Part shown: positions 26,439-36,407 of the stretch, piece by piece
How the letters are laid out: each line of letters starts with the position of its first letter
How positions within the stretch are numbered: position 1 is the first letter of the stretch
Assembly: GCA_013215565.1 (NCBI GenBank)
Contig: JABSQV010000130.1
Span: 8,880-72,879, forward strand
From: Myxococcales bacterium
GTDB lineage: Bacteria; Myxococcota_A; UBA9160; SZUA-336
Direction: 5' to 3'
DNA length: 64,000 bases
Notes under the pieces: generated by a model
Database searches by the model: none
Told to the model about the DNA's origin: nothing
Seen by the model: only the letters and a program-made list of their open reading frames with translations
Translations under genes and position numbers: made by a program

Positions 26439-26999
26439 TTGACCTGCATCATCGGACTGGTCGAAGACGACAAGGTCTACCTCGGTGGCGACAGCGCCGG
26501 GGTGGATGGGAACTGGAACGTGACCCTGCGAGCTGACAAAAAGGTCTTCAAGCGGGACGGATACTTGATCGGCTTCACCACATCGTACCGGATGGGGCAG
26601 GTGCTTCAGTACATGGCGACTCTCCCAACACCGCCCGATCCGTCGACACTATCTGACACCGACCGCTTGGACTGGCTGATGGAGTTCATGGTGGTCGAGT
26701 TCGTGGAGTCGATCCGAAAGGCGTTCGACAAAGCTGGCTACACCAAGATCGAGAATAGCCGCGAGGAGGGCGGCCAGTTCCTCGTTGGCGTCAACGGACG
26801 CCTGTTCTGCATCGGTTCAGACTTCCAGGTCGGGGAGTCGATGGCTGGGTTCGATGCTGTGGGCTCTGGAGCGACCTACGCGATCGGAGCGATGGCGGTC
26901 TCTCGACGCAAGCCCATCAACCGGATCAAGCAAGCCCTGGCAGTCGCCGAGCAATTCAACGCGGGTGTACGGGGACCGTTCATCGTGGTTCACGGTTGA
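26439..26999 (+). CDS. Proteasome beta/HslV-like Ntn hydrolase
   Basis: N-terminal Thr (MTCIIG), GGDS, KKVF, AVGSGATYAIGA. Confidence 0.8.
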   Translation: MTCIIGLVEDDKVYLGGDSAGVDGNWNVTLRADKKVFKRDGYLIGFTTSYRMGQVLQYMATLPTPPDPSTLSDTDRLDWLMEFMVVEFVESIRKAFDKAGYTKIENSREEGGQFLVGVNGRLFCIGSDFQVGESMAGFDAVGSGATYAIGAMAVSRRKPINRIKQALAVAEQFNAGVRGPFIVVHG

Positions 27000-27212
27000 C
27001 CGTGCTGGGTGATACCATCCAGTGCCCATCGTGAAGGCGAAGGCATCCCCGAAGCGGCGTTCCTGCCCGACCCCCTCTCTGTTGGTACTAAGCGGTGTGG
27101 GAGGGCAGGGACGTCCAACCTCTGGTCGAGGGGTCGGCGCGCGGAACGGGTCATCGCGAACAGCTACACCAGCGATGTGCGAGGAGCCCAGTAAGTCGCG
27201 CCGGCCCTGAGA

Positions 27213-28946
27213 TCAGAGCGCCGAGTACGAGCCACCCTGTTGCAAGAGGTCGTAGGCGATCCGGTCGTAGACATCGGCCAGGCGGAAGTGGTCGGCGGCG
27301 CTGCCTTCATGCCAGACGATCCGGCCCTTGTCCTCGTTGAGCACTCTGACCGGGGCGCGCATCTGATCGCTCCATCCGAGCACGGTGAACACGTCGGCGG
27401 GGAACGTGCGGCGCCTCTCCTGAATGTCGGCGAACGACACATCGAACACGGCCGTCCTGTCCACCCTGACTTCTTGGATCCGGTACTTGAGTTGCATCCC
27501 GTAAGGCAGCGCACCAACTCGCGGTGTCGGGAAGAACCGACAGAGCCAGACCTGGGCGCCCCCGTTGTTGATGAAGTAGTCCCTCAGCTCTTGCGCCTTG
27601 TGGGTCTCGGGCTGGGCGTCGATCACGCATGACTTGACGTGGTAGCGGATCAGCGCATCCTGCACCTCGTCGAAGGTGCGGCACGCCTGCACCAGCACAG
27701 CTCGGCGCACCGGGGGCAGGCTCGCGTCGGGCTTGCCGTTCTGGCCCTTGGCGGCCTCGATGACGCTGATGGACAGGTTCATCACCGAGCCCACATCGAT
27801 CCCCGCGGTCACGGTCAGCCGTCGATATTGGTCCCCGCCCGAGTAGTCGAGGTTGTCCCCGATGGCGGCGGCCTCCAGCATCGACTGGTCCAGCCTCGCC
27901 CCGGAGTACTCGAATGGGATCCCCAGCACCGAGCAGTAGAACGCGGCGAGCTTGGTCGGGTCGCCCTGCGCCTTGAGCCACTCCAGGTACAGGTCGGTGA
28001 GGCGCTGAGACAGGACATCGAGTCGCGACATCCAATAGCCGCGTGTCGAGCCCTCCCCCTCGGCGACCCAGAGTGCTCCAGCAGCGACCCGATCGAAGGG
28101 CTCGGTGCATCGCCGACACACGGGTCGGATGTCGGGGCCGCCCTCCCAGTTGCCCTGGACGTGGTTGTGGGCCTGGGCGCCCGCCCACCCCTTGTGGTCG
28201 CGAGGCAACCACTGCCCAGTGCCCTCGTCCCTTCGGACCACGTTGATGAACCAGTCCACGGGCTGGCGCTCGCCACAGTGTCCGCACTGCATGTACCAGC
28301 GACGGCGATCGCTCTCATCGTAGAGGCGCGAGATCCCGACGTTGGGCAGCGTCGGGTTCCCCAGTCGGATCATCTGGGGGTAGGGGCTCTCTCTGAGTCG
28401 GTCCTTGGCCTTGGCGAGGTTCTCTGGATCGCAGTGGTCGAACTCGTCCACGATCAGCAGGTCGGCCGAGAACTCCACGAAGTCGCCGGGGGTGTTCGAT
28501 CCGAGGAACAGCATCGAGCCCGCGCCGAACTTCTTGAGCTTCAGGCTCCCCGTCCTCGCCTTCTTGGCCTTTTCGTTGCCCATGGTCATGCCGCCGGGGC
28601 ACCGCTCACGGTATGCGGGCACGAATCGCAGGAGGGGATCCACCCGCTGCTTCACGAACCGATCTCGGATCGAGTAGGTCGGAAGCACATAGGCAACGAT
28701 GCGACCTTGCCACCCAGCCTTCTGAAGCGCGATCTGGACCGACAGTTCGGACATCCCTGTCTGCACGGCCTTGCGGATCACCCAGTCGTTGCAGTTGGCG
28801 GCATCGGCGTACAACTCGATGAGGTACGGCTTGTCGACGAACGACATTGGCGTGCCGCGAGTCGATTGATGATGCGACAGCGCGAGACCCAGGACGGGAT
28901 GCTCGGCAGAGAGCTTCGCCATCGTCGAGTGGTACTGGTCGAGCAT
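27213..28946 (-). CDS. Terminase large subunit (lambda GpA family)
   Basis: RKAVQTGMSE Walker A, LLIVDEFD Walker B, GNPT, CxxCGERQ, TAGIDVG nuclease motif. Confidence 0.9.
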   Translation of the reverse strand: MLDQYHSTMAKLSAEHPVLGLALSHHQSTRGTPMSFVDKPYLIELYADAANCNDWVIRKAVQTGMSELSVQIALQKAGWQGRIVAYVLPTYSIRDRFVKQRVDPLLRFVPAYRERCPGGMTMGNEKAKKARTGSLKLKKFGAGSMLFLGSNTPGDFVEFSADLLIVDEFDHCDPENLAKAKDRLRESPYPQMIRLGNPTLPNVGISRLYDESDRRRWYMQCGHCGERQPVDWFINVVRRDEGTGQWLPRDHKGWAGAQAHNHVQGNWEGGPDIRPVCRRCTEPFDRVAAGALWVAEGEGSTRGYWMSRLDVLSQRLTDLYLEWLKAQGDPTKLAAFYCSVLGIPFEYSGARLDQSMLEAAAIGDNLDYSGGDQYRRLTVTAGIDVGSVMNLSISVIEAAKGQNGKPDASLPPVRRAVLVQACRTFDEVQDALIRYHVKSCVIDAQPETHKAQELRDYFINNGGAQVWLCRFFPTPRVGALPYGMQLKYRIQEVRVDRTAVFDVSFADIQERRRTFPADVFTVLGWSDQMRAPVRVLNEDKGRIVWHEGSAADHFRLADVYDRIAYDLLQQGGSYSAL

Positions 28947-29138
28947 TCACCAAAGGTGCCGCCCAGCCCGACCGAAGTCAAGATGGGCGGCCTCATTGGG
29001 TTGTAGATGGAGCGACGAGGTCGGGCCTGCTCCGCCTTTCCCTGGGGGGTACCCAAGGCCCCACTACCGGGTCATCGCCCGATCACCGTAGCATGGGCCA
29101 ACGTGGTACACCAATCAGGGACGCCCAGGAGGTGCAGA

Positions 29139-29735
29139 GTGTCGAAGGCAGCGAAGGCAGAGCCAGTCGAGGAAGACCAGGCCGCGAAGTGGGTCAAACG
29201 AGAGTTGCTTGAACCCTGGGTCGGCAACCCCCGCGACAATGAGAAGGCGGTCGACCCGGTGGCGTTGTCGATCGAGCGGTTCGGGTTCGGAGCTCCGATC
29301 GTCGCGTGGAAGCCCGAGACCCCCATGGTTATCGCTGGGCACACTCGGCTCAAGGCCGCGACCAAGCTGGGCCTCGCCGAGGTACCTGTCCGCTGGATGT
29401 CGCACCTGACCGAAGCAGAGGCGAAGGCACTCGCCCTGGCCGACAATCGACTCGGTGAGTTGGCCGACTGGAACTTCGAAGGGCTGCAGGGAGAGATCCA
29501 GGCCCTCGCTGAGCAGGATGTCGACCTGTCGGGTCTGGGTTGGGCCGGCAACGAGTTGGAGGTGCTCAAAGGCAACCTCGAACAGTTCCTCCCGAAGCAG
29601 AAGCCGAAGCCGCCGAAGTCGTTGGAGTCTGAGCACTACATCGAGATCCGCTGCACCAACGAGCGACTGAATGAGATCCAGGATCAACTGCTCGCCTGGG
29701 ACGGTGAGGAAGACATCGAGGTACAGATCGCATGA
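29139..29735 (+). CDS. ParB/Srx N-terminal domain protein
   Basis: NPRDNEKAV...SIERFGFGAPIV...IAGHTRLKAA...LADNRLGE. Confidence 0.85.
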   Translation: MSKAAKAEPVEEDQAAKWVKRELLEPWVGNPRDNEKAVDPVALSIERFGFGAPIVAWKPETPMVIAGHTRLKAATKLGLAEVPVRWMSHLTEAEAKALALADNRLGELADWNFEGLQGEIQALAEQDVDLSGLGWAGNELEVLKGNLEQFLPKQKPKPPKSLESEHYIEIRCTNERLNEIQDQLLAWDGEEDIEVQIA

Positions 29736-30580
29736 CCACCCCAGGCACCGAGCGCAACGTCAAGCAGGCCGAGAGGTTCGTCCAAGAGCACGATGGTCGA
29801 GTGACCTTCCAAGGCAAGTGCGAGGGCGAGGCGTGGCAGAAGCAGCTCCGAGATCGCTACCTGCATGAGGGCGCGCCGCCCGTCGACTTGAAGCTCAAGC
29901 GAGCCCGCGTGATCCCCGTCACCCGTCGACTCGCCGAACACATCATCTTCAAGTACGAGTGGCTCGGCACGATGGTGTCGACGGGTCGCCACTACGGGAT
30001 CTTCTTTGGTCCCTACTGCGCTGGGGTGACCTGCTCAGGCGTTGGATGCACTGGGGGCACCAACACGGCGAAGATGTTCGGCATGGAGACTCAGGAGATG
30101 TTGACCTTCGCCAGAGGGGCATGCGTCCACTGGGCACCAACGGGGGCCAACTCCAAGTTGGTGTCGTGGTCCTGCCGTCACCTCGCCGAGCACGGTCGGC
30201 TGACCGTCGCCTACGCAGATACCGACGCTGGGGAGATCGGGACAATCTACCAGGCGTGCGGTTGGACCTACATCGGCAAGGGCAGCTCGACGCGGCAGTG
30301 GGTCAGTCCCGAGGGCAAGATCCTCGATCAGAAGACCCCCGGCAACCTCGTTGAGCAGCGGGGGTTCCCGTCGAACAGCGGCGGCTGGCTCAAAGGTCAG
30401 CGCGCCCAGTGGGTTCAGGCGATGAGGGACGCGGGCTGGGTCGAGCAGATCACGAACCCGAAACACCGGTACGTTAAGGTGCTCCGGAAGCGGGACAAGG
30501 AACTGCATGCCCGGATCGCGGACATGGCGCAGCCCTACCCGAAGCGAGTGGGCACCTCGGCGGCCGCCGCCTCTCAGTAG
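29732..30580 (+). CDS. Mom-like adenine modification enzyme (GNAT fold)
   Basis: NSKLVSWS...VAYADTDAGEIGTIYQACGWTYIG...KHRYV matches the Mom-family pattern. Confidence 0.7.
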   Translation: MTTPGTERNVKQAERFVQEHDGRVTFQGKCEGEAWQKQLRDRYLHEGAPPVDLKLKRARVIPVTRRLAEHIIFKYEWLGTMVSTGRHYGIFFGPYCAGVTCSGVGCTGGTNTAKMFGMETQEMLTFARGACVHWAPTGANSKLVSWSCRHLAEHGRLTVAYADTDAGEIGTIYQACGWTYIGKGSSTRQWVSPEGKILDQKTPGNLVEQRGFPSNSGGWLKGQRAQWVQAMRDAGWVEQITNPKHRYVKVLRKRDKELHARIADMAQPYPKRVGTSAAAASQ

Positions 30581-30590
30581 AGGCGGCGGC
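30563..30590. terminator. 12-bp GC hairpin between convergent genes
   Basis: GCCGCCGCCTCT-cagt-AGAGGCGGCGGC; no U tract. Confidence 0.5.
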
Positions 30591-30687
30591 GGATGGATTC
30601 TCGCCAACCCTTCAGTCGTTGTTGATGACCTTGACAGAGTCAGCGTAGGGCGTGACGATCTCAAAGCTGGTCGATGTTCGTCGTGGT

Positions 30688-30748
30688 CATTGTCTGCTCT
30701 CTGTTGGTAGGTCCAATATAGAGGATCGACATCTCATTGGATACCGGC
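30688..30748 (-). promoter_or_regulatory. Promoter-leader cassette F
   Basis: GCCGGTATCCA-17bp-TATATT-GGACCTACCAACAGAGAG-cagaca-ATG; the ORF is only MTTTNIDQL*. Confidence 0.85.
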
Positions 30749-30756
30749 AATCCAGG

Positions 30757-30990
30757 TTATTCCCCGATCATTTCCGACCGCCGAGAAATCTGTGCGTCCA
30801 TCGCGTCGAGTACCTCGTCGAGATCCAGGCGGCCCCATTGGTCCACCAGCATGGCCGAGACGCCGTCATACCACCCCTCGCGGGTGTATTCGGCGATGTC
30901 GTCGTCGGTCATGGCGGCAATGATGTGGGCGGCGGCGGCCTCATCGTCGTCGGTCATGGCGGTAAGGGCTTCGGTAGTGGTGGCGGTCAT
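30757..30990 (-). CDS. Cassette-led small acidic protein
   Basis: ATG after cassette G; AMTDDD duplication. Confidence 0.6.
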   Translation of the reverse strand: MTATTTEALTAMTDDDEAAAAHIIAAMTDDDIAEYTREGWYDGVSAMLVDQWGRLDLDEVLDAMDAQISRRSEMIGE

Positions 30991-31048
30991 GTTGTCCTCT
31001 CTGTTGGTAGGTCCATCCTACTTGGAGATCCGCGACTTGGATACCGGC
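30988..31048 (-). promoter_or_regulatory. Promoter-leader cassette G
   Basis: GCCGGTATCCA-17bp-TAGGAT-GGACCTACCAACAGAGAG-gacaac-ATG. Confidence 0.85.
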
Positions 31049-31072
31049 CAACTCGGTTTCACCCGACTTTAT

Positions 31073-31642
31073 TTAGACGACGGCATCGCCGAACGGCTCG
31101 ATGTCTCGGGCATCGCCGTGGTGGACCAGCGTGTTCTCCGGCCAGGGCACTGCCTCGAGTTTCCGCAACCTCGGCTTGGGAGCATCGAGAGTGTGCCTCC
31201 ACTCGCCCTGCTTGCTCTTGGGTCCGAGGGTGATTCGCCGAGAGGCCATCCCAGCGTGCGGACCCTTGCAGCCGAACGACCTCTGAAGGAGCCACAACCA
31301 CGCGGCAGCTCGGGCGGGGCCTGGGTCCATCTTGGGGAGCTGCTTGCGGAGTTGGATCCAGGTCTCGACCTGTTCGGCGTCGTTGCCAGCGTTCCACGGG
31401 TTCATCTCGAACCCGAGATCGAACCCACCAACGATGTGCGACCACGCCTCGCCCCATGGGCCAACCTCACAGAGCATCACCGCGTCGGCACCCTCACCAG
31501 CTCGCAGCCCCAGCGACTCAAGGATCGCCCTCGCGTACTTGCGTTTGGCTCCCTGGTACGAGACTGGGGGCACGGCCCGGGCACCGCCGATCAGACGTAG
31601 GGTCACGGCGGCCGATCCACAGCACAGCTCGACCCACTTCAT
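31073..31642 (-). pseudogene. Dam-like adenine methyltransferase, truncated before the DPPY motif
   Basis: WVELCCGSAAV and PPVSYQGAKRKY motifs; ends GDARDIEPFGDAVV-stop, where YxDPPY is expected. Confidence 0.65.
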
Positions 31643-32349
31643 CAGAGCGCCAACGTCCTGATGGCGTGCTCGGTGAGTCCCTGATCGTAGCTCGGGGCGC
31701 AGATGTCCTGGTGGACCCCGCCGGCCAAATTGGCGACCTCGATCTGGGACCAGCCGACCTGCTGGGCGGTCGGGCACAGCGGATCACCGCTGACGATGGA
31801 CGAGAGCATCACCCGATCGGTGTAGGACAGCGCCTCGGCCATGAAGGCGTTGGCGGAGATGGACTCATCGCTGTGGGCCGAGAGGACGACGATGCTCAGT
31901 GTCGATCCGGGCCTGACGATCTCATGCCTGCGCAGGGTCGCGAGGATCATCGACATCCCCTGATCGGATGCAGCCCCGAGCCCAAGGACGACGGCCTGGC
32001 CCAGCTCGGCCGGATCGTCGCTGCCCCAGACCCGCGCCTCGATCTGCGAGCTGTTGCCGGTGATGACCGTCGCGGTCCAGTCGACGCCTTCCAGCTCGGC
32101 GACCAGCGAGGGGATGGCCTCGGCGAGTCGATCCTGCTCGTATGCCCACCCTCCGACATCGACCGAGAACAGCAGATCGACCGGGTGGACGATCTGCTCA
32201 CCCGTGCCGGTGTCGACATCGGTATCGACATCGGTATCGGCATCGGTATCGGCATCGGCGACGGGTTCGGTCGGGGTCTTGCCGATGACGGGCTCGACCA
32301 GCTCGGGTGCAGAACACCCACCCAGTAGCAACGTGATCAGAATTCTCAT
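31642..32349 (-). CDS. Lipoprotein with DADTD repeats and degenerate VWA-like domain
   Basis: LLGGC lipobox, DADTDADTDVDTD linker, VDLLFSVD...LSIVVLS...GGVHQDIC. Confidence 0.65.
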   Translation of the reverse strand: MRILITLLLGGCSAPELVEPVIGKTPTEPVADADTDADTDVDTDVDTGTGEQIVHPVDLLFSVDVGGWAYEQDRLAEAIPSLVAELEGVDWTATVITGNSSQIEARVWGSDDPAELGQAVVLGLGAASDQGMSMILATLRRHEIVRPGSTLSIVVLSAHSDESISANAFMAEALSYTDRVMLSSIVSGDPLCPTAQQVGWSQIEVANLAGGVHQDICAPSYDQGLTEHAIRTLAL

Positions 32350-32953
32350 GACGGCCTCCCAGACCTTCGATTCAAAGGGAATGTACTCGGCGAGGCAGGA
32401 GGCGCGCGAGGTAGAGCGCCATGGCAGTGGGTTGCCATGCTGGATGGGTGAGCATGATCGCCCCCAGGTCGTCGAGCGCGGTGAAGTCCCACTCCATATT
32501 GGTGATCTTCATCTCGACGGTGTGCGGGAAGTCGATGACGCTCTCGGCTGTAGTCGACAGCCCGAGACCAGGCCAGGTCGGTCTCGAATACGAGGATCGG
32601 ACCAGAGGTGATTCACCAATCTGGTACCAGTCGCCCTTGCCGTCGCTGATCGTCAGGGTGCTCACGGCCCGCTCCTCGGTGGCCACATCTGCTTGGTATC
32701 AGTATCGACGATCAGCGATCGACCACCTCGCAGGACGACGGCGACGATGCTGGTCCGCTCGCTCCACTCGACCACCCGGGAAACGAACGTGTTGGGATAC
32801 GCCTCGGCGACCACCTCAAGCGCGATGGTCATCGGGGGCTTGGCATTGTCAGCCCTCACGGGAGCCGCTCGAGGACGTAGACCATCGAGTCGAACAGGAC
32901 GAACAGGGCGAGGGCGGAGACCAAGATGGCCATGGTGATCTTGTAGGCGCGGG

Positions 32954-33646
32954 TCATGATGCTTCCCTGATGATGTTGATCTCGATGTTGAGGTTTCGTC
33001 CCAGGATCTCATCGCGGCCAGGGTCTGAGCGCGGGTCGAAGATCCAGCCAGGGTGGCCCTGCCTGAGGGCGATGTCGATGTCGCCCTTGAACCCTCGCGG
33101 GTCCAGGCCGAAGGTCGCGGTGTACTTCTTGAACCGCATCGAGCCGATCTCATGCATCGGGATCAACTCCCGCGCCCGCAGGTCATCGAGCGCGCCGCGG
33201 ACTGCCATGAGCACAGCCCCGTCGGTCGCGACCGCGCAGGCGCGCACATCGAACCGCGCGATGGCATCGGCGACCGACTTGCACTGGATCAAGTCGACCT
33301 CGCCGACGCTGGGCACCAGCAGCTTGGCTCGGTGCTCGCTGGGCGTGCTCTCGGAGTTGGGCGACTGGGTGGCCCCTGCAAGCTGCAGCAGATCGAACAC
33401 CTCGCCGAACGCCTTCCCCGGCATGAAGAGGTCGAGGTCACAGGTGAGGGTGTCCATCCCGAGCAGGGCGCGAGCGACAGACCCGCCGGCGACCGCTCCC
33501 CGATGTCGACGGCCGACGATGCCGAGGAGCGCGTTGACTCGCTGCCTCAGGATGCGCACCGGCTCCATCGATCGCCAGTGTGCGATCCGAAAGAGGCGAT
33601 GGAGCTCGATGTCGACGGTTCGGCAGCTGGTCGGGTCGAGGTTCAT
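32954..33646 (-). CDS. Nucleotidyltransferase (CCA-adding/poly(A) polymerase head-like)
   Basis: VAGGSVARALLG...DLDLF and RFDVRACAVA motifs. Confidence 0.7.
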   Translation of the reverse strand: MNLDPTSCRTVDIELHRLFRIAHWRSMEPVRILRQRVNALLGIVGRRHRGAVAGGSVARALLGMDTLTCDLDLFMPGKAFGEVFDLLQLAGATQSPNSESTPSEHRAKLLVPSVGEVDLIQCKSVADAIARFDVRACAVATDGAVLMAVRGALDDLRARELIPMHEIGSMRFKKYTATFGLDPRGFKGDIDIALRQGHPGWIFDPRSDPGRDEILGRNLNIEINIIREAS

Positions 33647-34317
33647 GACTGGGGCTCGCGGTCGACGGGGATGTCGGGAGGGCTGTGGTTGAAGTTGAAG
33701 TGCCCCGGCGGGTCGAGGTAGTCGAGGCGACGGGCGGCCGCCTTGAGGGACTTGGCTGGGGTGCGCTTGATCAGGTCAATGATGACGGCCTTGGCGAGAT
33801 CGGTGTCCTGCTCCATCGCGTCGGGCCACCCGCCAGGGCAGCACTCGGTGTTGATGCAGTGGGCGGCACCCGCGTCCAGCATCTCCTCGACCAGGGCGAG
33901 GAGAGCCTTCTTGGTGACGGCGCGGCTCATCGGAGTGCCAGCCTTGCCGCGACGCAGCCAGTCCCAGACCTCGTTCGCTCGACCGGTGAACACGATCGTG
34001 CCGTCGGGCTCGCAGATGTGGTGCTTGCCCGTCGACTCGGAGTCGGTAGCTCGGTAGTGGAACAGGCCGAGGATCGACAGGACGTCGTTCAGGGTGTAGC
34101 TGGGATCAGCCTTCAACATCGGACACCTCGTAGGGCTCGACAGCGCCGCAGGGGCATCCGTCATCGGTGATGGTCTCGTGGCACTGGGTGCAGACGACCG
34201 ACTCGGCGAGCAGCTCAAGGCGCTGGTCCTCATCGAATCGGATGTGGACCGACTGGTCACAGTCGCCGTAGTCGTAGGAGCCGCAGATGTCGCAGCCGTA
34301 GGGATTGGGGTTGAGCA

Positions 34318-34674
34318 TTAGAGGCAGTCTCCGCCGAGGATGAAGGACTCGATCGTGGCGCTGCCGTACCCGTCGCCCTCAAAGGTCATGATGGCGCGGC
34401 CTTGACGCCGACGGAACTCGCGCTTGACGACCTTGAGGTCGGCCTGGACATCGGCGAACGTGTAGGTCTCGGTCTTCTCATCGTAGGAGGTCACGACGGT
34501 CGTGGTGACGCCCTCGGCGACACCCGAATCACGCGCGGCAGCAACGGCCGCGTTGTTGTCTTCGGACACGTAGTTGATGGCGGCGAGCCAGGCGGTCTCG
34601 ACCGACTTGAACACGCCGAGGTTCCCGTCTTCGGAGCCGCGAAGTATATAGACTGCTTTGTTGCGCTTCGACAT
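34318..34674 (-). CDS. Cassette-led hypothetical protein
   Basis: ATG after cassette H. Confidence 0.65.
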   Translation of the reverse strand: MSKRNKAVYILRGSEDGNLGVFKSVETAWLAAINYVSEDNNAAVAAARDSGVAEGVTTTVVTSYDEKTETYTFADVQADLKVVKREFRRRQGRAIMTFEGDGYGSATIESFILGGDCL

Positions 34675-34733
34675 TGTGTGCCTCTCTGTTGGTAGGTCCA
34701 TCCTATCGGAGTACCCATCTCTTGTATACCGGC
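34672..34733 (-). promoter_or_regulatory. Promoter-leader cassette H
   Basis: GCCGGTATACA-17bp-TAGGAT-GGACCTACCAACAGAGAG-gcacaca-ATG. Confidence 0.85.
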
Positions 34734-34893
34734 AAACCGAGGTTTCTCGGTGCCTTTCTCGGATTCTAGCGACCGTTGGTCTCGACGTAGAAGGAGCAGA
34801 GGCCGCCGTCGATGCTCGGGTGGAAGTTCCAGCCCTCGTCATCCCGCTTGTCGATCGTGCCGACTTCGATGCCGTCTAGGTCGTTTCCTCGAT

Positions 34894-35344
34894 TTAGGCA
34901 GCGGAACCCCAAACCCTCACCTGGCCGCTGAACCCTCGGGTCTCGAACAGGTCGCGCCTGGACCGCAGAGTGCGAGTCAGCGACTCGCGGCGGGCGGACT
35001 CGATGTCCAACTCGACCATGATCTCTTTGACGGTCATCGAACCGACACGGCCCAGCAACTCAACGACGCGGGCGCGGAGGGTGCCCGACTTGGCGCGCTT
35101 CTTCGGCTCGGGCGTGCCCTTGCCGAACTGCTTGCCGGCCCCGGTCAGAACCCAACCTGGTAGATGAAGTGACCGTCAATGAGCTTGGCTTCGGAGAGCT
35201 GCTCGATGACCGACAGGCTGTGCTTGAAGACGATTCCGTCCGTCGGGTGGTACAGCTCGGCGCTGCCCGTCTGGCCGCCGTCGGGGAGGCCCAGCCATCT
35301 TGCAGGAGGGCGAGGGCTGTGCGGGCTGCTTTCGTGAGGGTCAT
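34894..35344 (-). pseudogene. Cassette-led winged-HTH-like gene broken by about 3 frameshifts
   Basis: GC3-biased segments in successive frames: MTLTKAART.../LGLPDGG.../WVLTGAGK...LRARVVELL/MTVKEIMVELDI... Confidence 0.55.
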
Positions 35345-35402
35345 TGTCTGCTCTCTGTTGGTAGGTCCATCCTACTGGTCTTCCAGTGGAATGGATACCG
35401 GC
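35342..35402 (-). promoter_or_regulatory. Promoter-leader cassette I
   Basis: GCCGGTATCCA-17bp-TAGGAT-GGACCTACCAACAGAGAG-cagaca-ATG. Confidence 0.85.
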
Positions 35403-36354
35403 AAACCTGACTTTCTCGGTCAGACCTCGATTAGTGCGTGCCCCTCGATCTGCAGCCCTGCATCGGCGAGCGCCTTCGCCCAGAGGCTCGCCCTGCCGCG
35501 GCCTGCTCACCGGGGGCCAGCTCGCTCAGAGCTGACCGATGCACGTACCGCGAGAACCCGACCTGCTTCACAGCTCGGCGAGCGCCCGCCGCCGCTTTGG
35601 GCGGAGGGTGCTTCCCCCAACGATGTCCGGCCCGCCCTCGGGGATCTTCATGCGATCCCTGCGCTTGGGATCAACCTCGCGCTGGGACAGCTTGCTCGCG
35701 GTGTCGGGCACGTTACCCCTGGCCTTGTCCTCACTTTTCTTCGGCATCGGATTCCTCTTGGCACTCCGAGCATATCGGATCGGAGTCGTCTTCGGGAGGG
35801 TCGACCATCGTGCCGCACTCGATGCACTCCACGCGCATCGGGATCCCGTCGAGCGCGTCGGCCAGCCCCAAGGGGGACGAGACCTCGCCGAGCAGCACCC
35901 CGCCGGCCTGGGCCAGGTAGCCCGTGACCTTCAAGAACCCGTCGGCCTCGTCGGGACCGCTGAAGCCCCGCCAGCTCGTTCGGGCCGGGTAGGCATCGGT
36001 GACTGTGCCGTCCTCTTCCTCCTCGAGGACGATGCACATCCCGAAGAGGTGCAGCGAGCGGTTCACCCACCACAGCAGTCCCGAGTCCCTGAATGCCTCC
36101 CACGGCTTGCGTTCGATGTTTCCGCTCATTTGTCTTCTCCGAGGCTGGGGTCGAGTTGGGTCCACAGCCTGCTCATGAAGGCTGTTTGGAGCTTGCCGTC
36201 CTCAAGGGACTCAAGCGAGATCTTGACCGAGGTGTACAACGAGTTGCAGTCATTGTGGGACAGGGTGGCACGCGCATCGGTGCCGAGAGTCGAGAGCCAG
36301 TGGGTGACGACGGCCTGGGCGACCATCTCTGCCGCGCTGATCTTGATCGTTCGA

Positions 36355-36407
<53 letters not shown>

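Noticed and set aside
27075..27087. Orphan TACCAACAGAGAG as a functional cassette
   Set aside because: Lacks the -10/-35 arrangement and a correctly spaced ATG; probably a relic
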